Shown here in pieces: positions 1 through 8,614 of a stretch of 34,114 bases of DNA. The notes under the pieces are model-generated. The model saw nothing but the letters and a program-made list of their open reading frames with translations. It did not search any database and was not told the DNA's origin. Source of the stretch: an uncultured Leptospirales bacterium (GTDB taxonomy: Bacteria > Spirochaetota > UBA4802 > JAFGDQ01); NCBI GenBank assembly GCA_964631555.1, contig CAZVYR010000006.1, positions 1 through 34,114 on the forward strand, read 5' to 3'. Both the position numbers and the translations under genes were made by a program. The first letter of the stretch is position 1. The number at the start of each line of letters is the position of its first letter.

Positions 1-494
1 ACCGTCATGAGAGCCTCTTCAGTTGACCGAATAATTACAGGCAAATTCAGCGCACCTAAAGTAAGAGACCCGGCCAGAACCGATACTCCGAAATCCAGAT
101 ATATTACAAACAAAGTAAGCCCGAAAAGTCCGAACACAACCGAAGGAACACCGGCGAGATTATTTACTCCCAATCTTATTGCCCTTACAACCTTTTCACT
201 CCTGGCATATTCGGTAAGATAAATAGCGGTTATTACACCGATAGGTATTGATACAAATGACGAACCCAGTATAAGATATAACGTGCCGACCAATGCCGGC
301 CATATCCCGCCTTCGGTCATCTCATTCATTGGTGGCTGAGTAATAAAGTTCCAGGATAAAGCCTTATATCCCATTACAAAAATATATCCCAACATAAATA
401 ATAAAAATAAAATAATTACAAAAGACAATAGTCTAATGAGAATGAACATTATCTTTTCTGTAATCTGCTTATTGATCTGTTTATTGAATTTCAT
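1..494 (-). CDS. pstA: Phosphate ABC transporter permease PstA, N-terminal ~164 codons (3' end lies beyond the left edge)
   Basis: Absent from the ORF track because it runs off the window. My own translation from the ATG at 494..492 gives MKFNKQINKQITEKIMFILIRLL...YKALSWNFITQPPMNEMTEGGIWPALVGTLYLILGSS...NNLAGVPSVVFGLFGL. The LSWxF..GGIxPAxxGT pattern is typical of PstA N-termini. There is no in-frame stop down to position 3, and it lies directly downstream of pstC. Confidence 0.85.
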   Translation of the reverse strand, partial: MKFNKQINKQITEKIMFILIRLLSFVIILFLLFMLGYIFVMGYKALSWNFITQPPMNEMTEGGIWPALVGTLYLILGSSFVSIPIGVITAIYLTEYARSEKVVRAIRLGVNNLAGVPSVVFGLFGLTLFVIYLDFGVSVLAGSLTLGALNLPVIIRSTEEALMT

Positions 495-589
495 GATTTT
501 CCGTATATTTTTTCTTTTTAGCAGAGGGCTGTTTGACTGATTATTGTCTGAGAAATACACCCATGCTATTCAGAACTCAAATCCCTTTA

Positions 590-1480
590 TCAGCTTTCCC
601 TGAACTTGTATTTTCTGGATAAATGGTCGGCAATTATATTAAAAACAAAGGTAATTACAAAGAGCACAATACCAATAGCAAAAAGTGCATGATAATGCGC
701 CCCGCCTACAGCAGCCTCTGCCATTTCCGCTGCAATATTAGATGTAAGCGGCCTTACTGAATCAAAAATAGACGTCGGGATCACTGCTGATCCACCGGCT
801 ACCATTAACACAACCATAGTCTCACCGATAACCCTTGATATGCCAAGGATTATGGCTGTCCATATTCCGGAGAGCGATGCCGGTATGGTGATATGAAATA
901 TTGTCTGCCACCTGTTAGCACCCAAAGCATAGGAAGCCTCTTTAAGGTCACTGGGAACAGACGAGATAGCGTCTTCGCATATACTTGCTATTGTCGGAAC
1001 AGCCATAAATGCAAGCATCAATGAGGCATTGAATAAATTAAGCCCTGTATCGAGATTAAAAGTATTTTGTAAAAAAGGAGCCACTACGACCATTCCGAAA
1101 AATCCAATAATCACAGAAGGAATAGAAGCAATAATTTCAATCATTGGTTTTATTACTTCTCTCAATCTTTTTCCTGCAAGTTCGGAAATATAGATTGCTA
1201 TAGAAATACTGAATGGAATTGCTATCAAAGAGGCTAACAGGGTAATTGCGACTGAAGCTGTGATCAACGGGAATATCCCAAACCTGGGATTTGCACTTGT
1301 AGGATACCAGCTTGTACCAAATAAAAAATCAATTATATTTACCTCTTTAATAATCGGGATTCCTTCCTTGAACAAAAATAACATTATTAAAAAGAGAACT
1401 AAAAGGCATGACAATCCTATAATAAAGAATAGTTTGCTTATTAGATTATCATACAGATAGTGTTTGTTCAGCCTTTTCAT
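590..1480 (-). CDS. pstC: Phosphate ABC transporter permease PstC
   Basis: 296-aa multi-TM ORF. It has FLFGTSWYPTSANPRFGIFPLITASV and EASYALGANRWQTIFHITIPASLSGI (the EAA-loop of MetI-type permeases, in PstC-like form). It is followed by pstA. Confidence 0.9.
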   Translation of the reverse strand: MKRLNKHYLYDNLISKLFFIIGLSCLLVLFLIMLFLFKEGIPIIKEVNIIDFLFGTSWYPTSANPRFGIFPLITASVAITLLASLIAIPFSISIAIYISELAGKRLREVIKPMIEIIASIPSVIIGFFGMVVVAPFLQNTFNLDTGLNLFNASLMLAFMAVPTIASICEDAISSVPSDLKEASYALGANRWQTIFHITIPASLSGIWTAIILGISRVIGETMVVLMVAGGSAVIPTSIFDSVRPLTSNIAAEMAEAAVGGAHYHALFAIGIVLFVITFVFNIIADHLSRKYKFRES

Positions 1481-1567
1481 TTTTTATTTTATTATAAATG
1501 AATTATTCATAGCGCGGCCTGAAATCTGCAGGCAACGGGTCTGAATATATTCTGTATATCATTTTTC

Positions 1568-3835
1568 CTAATTACTGCTCTTCCCCTTTCGCCTGGTCTG
1601 GGATAACGGAAATGATTCCTCGAATACTTCCATCAATTTAACAGTATTATTCGCGATTTTCCGAAAATCGCCCATCTTGCCATAGTATAATATACTGAGT
1701 CTTGTTTTGGAAGTTTCTTTTTGAATTCTGCGGATTTGCATTCTGTCATATTCCTTAACATGCCGGTTTATCTCAGCATTGATCTCTTTGATGGCCGGGT
1801 GAAACGCTATCCTTTCCTGAAGCAGAATTTCAATCGCATTATCCAAAAGCACGGATAACTGATTCCATATGTCCTGGAGCTCTGCGACCTGTTCCCTCAG
1901 AAGGGGCTTATGATTATTGTCGATATGAGTATAGGAACGCATTATTATGTCCCTGTGGCTCTCTGCTATTTCCTGAATAGTATTAATAATCTGAGCATAT
2001 TTTTGAGTAGTCTCAATGTCCTCTTTATGCAACAAGCGCAATGTTTTAAACATATTGGCTATAATAATATTCGCCCATCTCTGGATTTTTTTAGTCTCTT
2101 TCCTCAAAGGTTTAAGGTTTGTTCTGCTATGACAAAATAAAGCATCACAACACAGATCGAGATCTGACCTGATCTTTTTAAGAAAATATGCACTATGTTC
2201 AAAAGAGACTTTAACAGCATAATCTGCGTCGTTTATCTTTCTCAGATTGAATACATCAATTTCATCTTTATCCTTTTCTCTTTGCTTATGTACATGATGA
2301 TTTCTCCATATGATCAGAATAGAAACAGAGAGAAGAATGATAACAGCAGGAAATCTAAAATAATAAATAAGATAGGCAAATCCAAGAGCAAATGTAAAGG
2401 CCATAATAGCAGTCAGAAACCAGCCGCCTATTACAATAAGCACCCCAGCAACCCTGAATACCGCGCTCTCCCTGCCCCACGCCTGGTCAGAGAGAGAAGA
2501 CCCCATAGCCACCATGAACGTTACATAAGTTGTTGAAAGCGGAAGTTTAAGTGATGTGGCAAACGAGACAACTGCACTTGCTACCATAAGATTAACCGAT
2601 GCGCGAATCAGATCAAAAGAACCCGTGTCCTTTTTCCCGGAAGCATCAGGACTATATCTTTTAATATCAAGCCTTTCCGATACTTTATTTTGCAATGAAC
2701 GGGGAATAATAAATTTCACTGTTTCAAAAAAAGAAGTCATCATGCGAACAATAGACCGTGACAAAGGGGAAGAACCGAAACGTTCTATTTCCTCGTCCTG
2801 GCTTCCAAGGCTCACTTCCGTTTTTGTTACTGATCTCGCTTTTTTTGATATCCATAAAGTCAGCACCATAATAATCCCGGCGATAAGCAAATAACCCGTA
2901 TTCGTATGTATCGGATTCCGGAGAGCCTCCATTGTAGCGGTTAAAGGATTGGCTGTTAATGAAGCCACTTTAAAAGAAGTCAGGCCTGCAAGGGGCACAC
3001 CTATAAAGTTCACAAGATCATTGGCTGCAAATGCCATAGCAAGAGCAAAAGTACCGATCAATACTATTATTTTTAAAACATTTAAGCTGCTGAAAAGAAG
3101 CAATGCCTGCAGTATTAGAGCGGAACCGGCGAAACTGAAAAGCATGATTAATAATGTATGTGTTTTTATCCACTCCAGAGTTTCGGGCGTAAGGAACGAA
3201 GCACCGTTTGCGCCTTTGATTAATATAAAATATATGATCATCGTCAAACCCAGTCCGCCCCAGATTGCACCGTAACGTTTTAACCGCGATTTATAATCAA
3301 ACGTGAAAATAATTCTGGAAATAAATTGTATTATTGCACCCGCAATAAACGCGATCACAACAGATAATAAAATACCGGAAATGATAATCAATGCCTTGCT
3401 TGAATTTATATATTCCCCGAGAGCGCTATAGGCTTCACCGAGTTTGCTGATCTTTATTAGCGAGACCGCTACTGCGGCACCGAGCAGTTCAAAAACAATC
3501 GATACTGTAGTCGACGTCGGAAGGCTGAATGTATTGTAGAGATCAAGAAGTAAAATATCAGTAATCATAACCGCCAAAAAGATTATCATTATTTCATTCA
3601 TCTGGAAAAACTGCGGATGGAAAATGCCCTTCCTGGCTACCTCCATCATTCCGCTTGAAAAAGTAACTCCGGCAATAATGCCGAAACTGGCAATGATCAT
3701 TATTACCTTAATAGGAGCAACCTTCGAACCTATTGAAGAATTTAAAAAATTAACAGCATCATTGCTAACCCCGACAACAAGATCCATCACTGCAAGAATC
3801 AGAAGTAATATTACAGCAAAGAAAAAAAATTCCAT
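1568..3835 (-). CDS. PiT/PHO4-family inorganic phosphate transporter with a ~230-aa C-terminal PhoU-like helical domain
   Basis: 755-aa ORF. It has duplicated PHO4-type signatures GVSNDAVNFLNSSIGS and AFAANDLVNFIGVPLAG, plus PLSTTYVTFMVAMGSS. After the last TM there is a charged all-helical tail (..ETKKIQRWANIIIANMFKTLRLL..IAESHRDIIMRSY..) reminiscent of PhoU-type domains. The domain assignment of the tail is from memory of the family, not from a search. Confidence 0.85.
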   Translation of the reverse strand: MEFFFFAVILLLILAVMDLVVGVSNDAVNFLNSSIGSKVAPIKVIMIIASFGIIAGVTFSSGMMEVARKGIFHPQFFQMNEIMIIFLAVMITDILLLDLYNTFSLPTSTTVSIVFELLGAAVAVSLIKISKLGEAYSALGEYINSSKALIIISGILLSVVIAFIAGAIIQFISRIIFTFDYKSRLKRYGAIWGGLGLTMIIYFILIKGANGASFLTPETLEWIKTHTLLIMLFSFAGSALILQALLLFSSLNVLKIIVLIGTFALAMAFAANDLVNFIGVPLAGLTSFKVASLTANPLTATMEALRNPIHTNTGYLLIAGIIMVLTLWISKKARSVTKTEVSLGSQDEEIERFGSSPLSRSIVRMMTSFFETVKFIIPRSLQNKVSERLDIKRYSPDASGKKDTGSFDLIRASVNLMVASAVVSFATSLKLPLSTTYVTFMVAMGSSLSDQAWGRESAVFRVAGVLIVIGGWFLTAIMAFTFALGFAYLIYYFRFPAVIILLSVSILIIWRNHHVHKQREKDKDEIDVFNLRKINDADYAVKVSFEHSAYFLKKIRSDLDLCCDALFCHSRTNLKPLRKETKKIQRWANIIIANMFKTLRLLHKEDIETTQKYAQIINTIQEIAESHRDIIMRSYTHIDNNHKPLLREQVAELQDIWNQLSVLLDNAIEILLQERIAFHPAIKEINAEINRHVKEYDRMQIRRIQKETSKTRLSILYYGKMGDFRKIANNTVKLMEVFEESFPLSQTRRKGKSSN

Positions 3836-3885
3836 GAATGTTCCCTTTACTTAAGAATTTAAATGCAAAATTTAAATAATGGATT

Positions 3886-3902
3886 TGTAAAGATTTTGTA
3901 AA
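3886..3902 (-). promoter_or_regulatory. Pho-box-like direct repeat (TTTACA-N5-TTTACA) upstream of the PiT gene
   Basis: The minus strand reads TTTACAAAATC TTTACAAATCC: two hexamers with 11-bp periodicity, 51-67 nt upstream of the ATG at 3835. The geometry matches PhoB/PhoP-type boxes. The background is AT-rich, so a chance match is possible. Confidence 0.3.
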
Positions 3903-4065
3903 TAATTTTTTGGTTAATCAATGAATAGTATTTTTTTACAAGCGATTTAATAATTCAAATTAAAAAAATAATACTTAAAATTATTATTTTATAAATAACT
4001 ATCAAGCATTCATTTTTTTCCGGATTTATCGCCCTGCCTCCAGGATAAATAGCACAATAATCCTG

Positions 4066-4130
4066 CTCCCCTCCGTTCCGAAACCGTTTCAGCTTCGTAT
4101 TCTCTTCAGTTCCCCTCCGTTTCAAAGCCG
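4066..4130 (+). repeat. Two copies of the dispersed pyrimidine-rich motif (locus 1)
   Basis: 4066-4097 is CTCCCCTCCGTTCCGAAACCGTTTCAGCTTCG, a variant with an internal insertion. 4110-4130 is TTCCCCTCCGTTTCAAAGCCG. The CCCCTCCG cores start at 4068 and 4112, 44 nt apart. Confidence 0.8.
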
Positions 4131-4258
4131 CTTTAAAAGGAATTCAGGGTAATCTTTCAGATAAAATTAAAAACAAGTAGTTTTAGTAATACAACAGCAA
4201 TATTTATAACAAAACGTCAGTTAATTTGGAGTATATTAACTTTTTTTAACCTACATTA

Positions 4259-4287
4259 TTGACCTTTTCGTCATTATTTACTAATAT
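4259..4287 (+). promoter_or_regulatory. sigma70-type promoter of dnaK
   Basis: TTGACC (4259-4264), a 17-nt spacer, then TAATAT (4282-4287), with an overlapping TATAAT at 4285-4290. It sits immediately upstream of the CIRCE operator, which is the classical arrangement. Confidence 0.55.
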
Positions 4288-4299
4288 AATTATAGATTA

Positions 4300-4326
4300 T
4301 TAGCACTCTACTATATAGAGTGCTAA
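4300..4326 (+). promoter_or_regulatory. CIRCE operator (HrcA binding site)
   Basis: TTAGCACTC-TACTATATA-GAGTGCTAA is a perfect match to the CIRCE consensus TTAGCACTC-N9-GAGTGCTAA. It lies 96 nt upstream of the dnaK ATG. Confidence 0.9.
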
Positions 4327-4421
4327 TAAAATTTAAAAATATTGTTTACCGTTTTCCAATCGGAAAAACGGTTTAAGATATAATTTTAATTTGCTAAATA
4401 CATGCAACAGGGAGGCATACA

Positions 4422-6383
4422 ATGAGCAAAACAATAGGAATTGACCTTGGAACAACAAATTCGGTTGTTTCAGTTATGTCCGGAGGTGAACCAATAGTTA
4501 TTCAAAATTCCGAAGGGCAGAGAACTACTCCTTCAATAGTTGCTTATACTGATAAAGGTGAACGTCTCGTCGGCCAGGTGGCCAAAAACCAGATAATTAC
4601 AAATCCGGAAAATACAATAAGATCCGTAAAACGGTTCATGGGCAGAAGATATAATGAAATTGCTGAAGATATTAAAATCGTTCCTTATAAGATAGTTAAA
4701 GATACAGGCGGAGGACTAAAAATAAAAGTAATCGACGGTGAATACACTCCTCAGGAAATATCCGCCAGAATATTGCAAAAAATGAAACAAACTGCCGAGG
4801 ATTATCTTGGAGAAAAAATCACCAAAGCTGTAATTACCGTACCTGCTTACTTCAATGATGAACAGAGGCAGGCCACTAAAGACGCGGGTAAAATCGCAGG
4901 CCTTGAAGTAGAAAGGATCATCAATGAACCTACTGCAGCGGCCCTTGCATACGGCCTTGACAAGAAGAGTAAGAACGAGAAGATCGCTGTATATGACCTT
5001 GGCGGAGGCACATTCGATATTTCCATACTTGAAGTAGGAGACGGGGTCTTTGAAGTAAAGTCAACCAACGGCAACACTCACCTTGGTGGAGATGACTTTG
5101 ACCAGAAAATAATGGAGTGGCTCATTAGTGAATTCAAAAAAGAAACCGGAATTGACGTTTCAAAAGATAAAATGGCCCTTCAACGACTTAAGGAAGCCGC
5201 TGAAAAGGCAAAGACAGAACTTTCAAGCAAACTGGAAACTGAGGTGAATATTCCATTCCTTACTGCTGACCAGAATGGTCCGAAACACATGCTGTTAAAG
5301 TTCAGCAGATCCAAACTTGAGCAACTGATCGAGGAATTAGTTAAATCCACGGAAAAACCTTGTCTGAATGCTTTAAAGGACGCCGGGCTTAGTGCAGGTG
5401 ATATTGACGAAGTAATTCTAGTAGGAGGTTCAACGAGAATACCGATTGTACAAAGTCTCGTAAAAAAAGTATTCGGCAAAGAACCCAACAAGAGTGTGAA
5501 TCCGGACGAAGTCGTGGCCCTTGGTGCTGCTATACAGGGAGGCGTTCTTACAGGCGAAGTCAATAATGTTCTTTTACTGGACGTTACCCCGTTATCTCTT
5601 GGAATTGAAACCCTCGGCGGGATTATGACTAAATTGATCGAGAGAAATACGACAATCCCTACAAAGAAAAGTCAGATATTCTCAACCGCTGACGATAACC
5701 AGCCGGCAGTATCAATACACGTATTGCAGGGTGAAAGAGAAATGGCGATCCACAACAGGACACTGGGCCGCTTTGAGCTTGTGGGAATAAATCCGGCTCC
5801 GAGAGGCCTGCCGCAGATTGAAGTTGCTTTTGATATTGACGCTAACGGCATCGTTAATGTTTCAGCAAAAGACCTGGGCACAGGGAAAGAACAGCAAATA
5901 AAAATCGAGTCCTCGGGCGGCCTGTCCGAAAACGAAATAAGCAGGATGGTAAACGATGCGCAGACACATTCGGACGAAGACAGGAAAGCCAGGGAACTGG
6001 CTGAAACAAAAAATGAAGCCGACACATTGATCTATTCACTGGAAAAATTGTTAAAAGAAAATGCTGATAACATTGACGCTTCTGAAATATCTCAAATTGA
6101 AAGTCTGATTTCCGAACTTCGTCAGTCAATGGAATCAGGTAATATTGAGAACATAAAAAGCTCAAAGCAAAAACTTGAACAGGCATCACAGGGACTTGCT
6201 TCCAGGATGTATAACAATACACAGCAGAATCAGGGTGAGCCAATGAATACCGCAGGACAAGCAGAAGGAACATGGAAAGACACGACAGAAAGAACAGCTA
6301 CATCCGGGGATCAAGGCAACAATGATAAAATTTATGATGCTGAATATGAAGTTGTAGACGATGAAGAAAGAAAGGCAAGCTAA
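4422..6383 (+). CDS. dnaK: Molecular chaperone DnaK (Hsp70)
   Basis: 653 aa. It has [18 protein letters not shown] and [11 protein letters not shown] together with the full substrate-binding and lid domains. The SD GGGAGG lies 7 nt upstream. Confidence 0.98.
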   Translation: MSKTIGIDLGTTNSVVSVMSGGEPIVIQNSEGQRTTPSIVAYTDKGERLVGQVAKNQIITNPENTIRSVKRFMGRRYNEIAEDIKIVPYKIVKDTGGGLKIKVIDGEYTPQEISARILQKMKQTAEDYLGEKITKAVITVPAYFNDEQRQATKDAGKIAGLEVERIINEPTAAALAYGLDKKSKNEKIAVYDLGGGTFDISILEVGDGVFEVKSTNGNTHLGGDDFDQKIMEWLISEFKKETGIDVSKDKMALQRLKEAAEKAKTELSSKLETEVNIPFLTADQNGPKHMLLKFSRSKLEQLIEELVKSTEKPCLNALKDAGLSAGDIDEVILVGGSTRIPIVQSLVKKVFGKEPNKSVNPDEVVALGAAIQGGVLTGEVNNVLLLDVTPLSLGIETLGGIMTKLIERNTTIPTKKSQIFSTADDNQPAVSIHVLQGEREMAIHNRTLGRFELVGINPAPRGLPQIEVAFDIDANGIVNVSAKDLGTGKEQQIKIESSGGLSENEISRMVNDAQTHSDEDRKARELAETKNEADTLIYSLEKLLKENADNIDASEISQIESLISELRQSMESGNIENIKSSKQKLEQASQGLASRMYNNTQQNQGEPMNTAGQAEGTWKDTTERTATSGDQGNNDKIYDAEYEVVDDEERKAS

Positions 6384-6398
6384 AATTTTTACTGATAA

Positions 6399-6428
6399 AG
6401 TCCCTTCCCGTCAGGAAGGGACTTTTTT
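6399..6428. terminator. Rho-independent terminator shared by the convergent dnaK and 229-aa genes
   Basis: AGTCCCTTCC-cgtca-GGAAGGGACT forms a 10-bp perfect stem followed by TTTTT on the + strand. An A-rich run (gataaa) precedes it, so it can act in both directions. Confidence 0.8.
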
Positions 6429-6442
6429 ATATTTGCTTAAGA

Positions 6443-7132
6443 TCATTCAAGACTCACTTTAGTATAATCCACAGGCAGGTTAAACAGTTCATCAGGTATA
6501 TCCTGTTCGGATATTTTTAAAAGCCGGCCATTAAAATATCTATCCAGTTCTTTTGGCCTGACAATAGTCATTACATAAGAAACTATAAATGCGTCATTCT
6601 CTTTGAGAACAGGCATTATCTTTTTTAAAATAATATCTTTACTGTTCTTTTCTAAAAATGAAATATATGGGCTTATTGGTAATTTAATATCTTTTGTTAT
6701 CCAGATTCTGGAAAGAGATGCTAACCTGGGAATATATACAACCACTTCAAAACACTTATAAGCACCTATAGTCTGCCAGCTTCCGCTTTCTTTGGAGTGG
6801 AGGTCTTTCTCATTAAGAGTGAGAAACTGTTCAAATATTTCTTCATTTATCGGAATGGCAAACCCCGACGCATCTGTGGTTGATAGATATTTTTTAACAT
6901 CATCTATAAGATATACTTTATTATTTTCAAAATCGTATATTACCCGCGACGAAAGAAATGGATCTATTATCAACACTTTTTTTTCTGTAAAATATGTCTT
7001 CTTTATTCCCGATACGACCCTTCCCGGAAGGTTGGTTTCTATCCGTTCTTCAATATATATTCCTGCATAACTTGTATGCATCATCCCGGGCATTAAAAGA
7101 AAACAAGACAAAAAGATTATTTTAAAAAGCAT
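6443..7132 (-). CDS. Hypothetical exported protein (signal peptide), unknown family
   Basis: 229-aa ORF with the N-terminal hydrophobic leader MLFKIIFLSCFLLMPGMMHTSYA. It sits 95 nt downstream of the porin gene on the same strand. I recognise no motif. Confidence 0.6.
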   Translation of the reverse strand: MLFKIIFLSCFLLMPGMMHTSYAGIYIEERIETNLPGRVVSGIKKTYFTEKKVLIIDPFLSSRVIYDFENNKVYLIDDVKKYLSTTDASGFAIPINEEIFEQFLTLNEKDLHSKESGSWQTIGAYKCFEVVVYIPRLASLSRIWITKDIKLPISPYISFLEKNSKDIILKKIMPVLKENDAFIVSYVMTIVRPKELDRYFNGRLLKISEQDIPDELFNLPVDYTKVSLE

Positions 7133-7226
7133 AAAAACCTGTCCTTATTCTTCTATATCCAACATGTTATTATAAGCCGAACAATACAATATCCGCATAA
7201 AGAACAATTAAGATAGACGAAATCAG

Positions 7227-8378
7227 TTAAATGAATATCTGGCACTGAAGAGTTGCCTTTTTCCCTCCGGAAACATCCTTATTGTCTTTTCCCATAGGAT
7301 TTTGGTATTCAAATTTTATATTTGCATTATGACCACTTATAAAATAATTCAACCCCATGGTCAGATAAGCAGTTTTCATATCATCTCCATATTCCGTATC
7401 TCCGTCCCAAAACTCATATTTTATAACAGGCTGAAAATTATCGATCAGGAAACCCACCTGGCCGAAATACCCGTTCTGGCTCTTAACGCTTGAGCCGGGA
7501 TTATTATTAACGTAAACATAAGCCCCCTGAACAGTAAGAACCATGTCGGTCATTATTTTATAATCAACTGTCAAATCACCGGTCCATGCTAAATAATGTT
7601 CGATATCTCCATCCATCCTTGTCGCGTGTTCCTGAAAATCAACGCCTCCGCCTATTGAAAAGACATTTTTTCTTCCAAGATAATTACCGCTGTAAAAAAA
7701 TCCGTTTTCAGGATCAAGAAAATTCATCTGGAACCTTCCGCAGAAACGGGGTGCGCTGGTTGAATTTATATCATCACTTGTCTCCTCCGTACCCTGCAAA
7801 TCCCTTTCCTGGCCGCGGAAAACACCGACCCGGTAATCGAAAATATTACCCAGCAACCCCCTTAACTCGACTCCAGCGTCTCTCCAGTTATCAAATGAAC
7901 TGCGGAGCGGTATTACAAGCGAATTATAGTCGACTCCAAGCAAACTGGCCGCTGATTCCATGTTTTGATGCATAAAAGGGAGCGGAAAAAGTCCAACGAC
8001 TATTTCAAATCCATTGGCAATCTTATAATTGATATAAGCATCCTGGATAAAGATACCTCTGTTCTCTTCACCTTCAATTTCATAATCATAGTCAGTCCCA
8101 AAGAAAAATTCAACATTCTTTACAGCCTGCCCGTTAAAAATAAGACTAGAGCGTCTGACCTGAAAATCCCTGGTCCAAACTGCGTCCCCTTCATTCTCCC
8201 CGGCCAAAGAATCGTATTCATTCTGAGTATATCCCTGTACCTGCAGAAGACCATGCACTGCTATCCACTTGTCTTCCCCTAGGGTCAGTCTGGCGAGACT
8301 ATCATCTTCGGCAAATACAGTACTTACAAATAATAATATTATGTATAAAACAATACAGAACGTTCTAAGCCTTTTCAT
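7227..8378 (-). CDS. Outer-membrane porin, possibly of the phosphate-selective porin O/P family
   Basis: I chose the start at the second in-frame Met (MKRLRTFCIVLYIILLFVSTVFA, a signal peptide) because GGAGGA lies 8 nt upstream. The ORF-track start at 8396 has no SD. The protein shows an alternating beta-strand pattern rich in Y/G/F. FQVRRSSLIFNGQ resembles the F.lRRaRl..G segment of OprO/P-type porins, but the family call is tentative. Confidence 0.6.
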   Translation of the reverse strand: MKRLRTFCIVLYIILLFVSTVFAEDDSLARLTLGEDKWIAVHGLLQVQGYTQNEYDSLAGENEGDAVWTRDFQVRRSSLIFNGQAVKNVEFFFGTDYDYEIEGEENRGIFIQDAYINYKIANGFEIVVGLFPLPFMHQNMESAASLLGVDYNSLVIPLRSSFDNWRDAGVELRGLLGNIFDYRVGVFRGQERDLQGTEETSDDINSTSAPRFCGRFQMNFLDPENGFFYSGNYLGRKNVFSIGGGVDFQEHATRMDGDIEHYLAWTGDLTVDYKIMTDMVLTVQGAYVYVNNNPGSSVKSQNGYFGQVGFLIDNFQPVIKYEFWDGDTEYGDDMKTAYLTMGLNYFISGHNANIKFEYQNPMGKDNKDVSGGKKATLQCQIFI

Positions 8379-8501
8379 ATGGATTTCCTCCAACAATATT
8401 TCCCCTGAATCAAACTTCTTACATGAAACGGAGCTTCTTTAAAAAGATCACGGTTTACTGAATCCTTAATGCAATAAAGGGCCAATCGATAATTTGTCAA
8501 A

Positions 8502-8523
8502 TAAAAAAACCGGAAAAGCCGGT
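8502..8523 (-). terminator. Orphan rho-independent terminator on the minus strand
   Basis: The minus strand reads ACCGG-CTTTT-CCGGT followed by seven T. No annotated minus-strand gene lies upstream of it, because the MCP gene to the right is on the + strand. Confidence 0.45.
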
Positions 8524-8598
8524 ACCTTATCAGAAAACAGATAAGTGCAGGTCTGTATACTTTATTATAAATAGAATCATGTCTCTTGACATAATCTG
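8502..8598 (-). ncRNA. Candidate ~95-nt small RNA delimited by a promoter and a terminator
   Basis: The minus-strand promoter is TTTACA-N17-TATAAT (8633..8605). The predicted TSS is near 8598. A 5' hairpin (AGAUUAUGUC-AAGA-GACAUGAUU, with two G-U pairs) precedes the terminator at 8523..8502. No ORF with an SD lies inside. Confidence 0.3.
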
Positions 8599-8614
8599 TT
8601 TTATATTATATAAT
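8586..8614 (+). promoter_or_regulatory. Consensus sigma70 promoter for the MCP transcription unit
   Basis: TTGACA (8586-8591), an exactly 17-nt spacer, then TATAAT (8609-8614). This implies a ~205-nt 5' leader before the ATG at 8828. Confidence 0.6.

Noticed and set aside
4847-6273. Four ORFs of 76-139 aa antisense to dnaK. Similar antisense ORFs lie inside PiT, the porin, MCP, the hydrolase-like gene, MFS, SDR, alaS and others.
   Set aside because: They are shadow ORFs inside well-supported genes. They have low-complexity or Cys/Ser/Pro-rich translations and no SD sequences.
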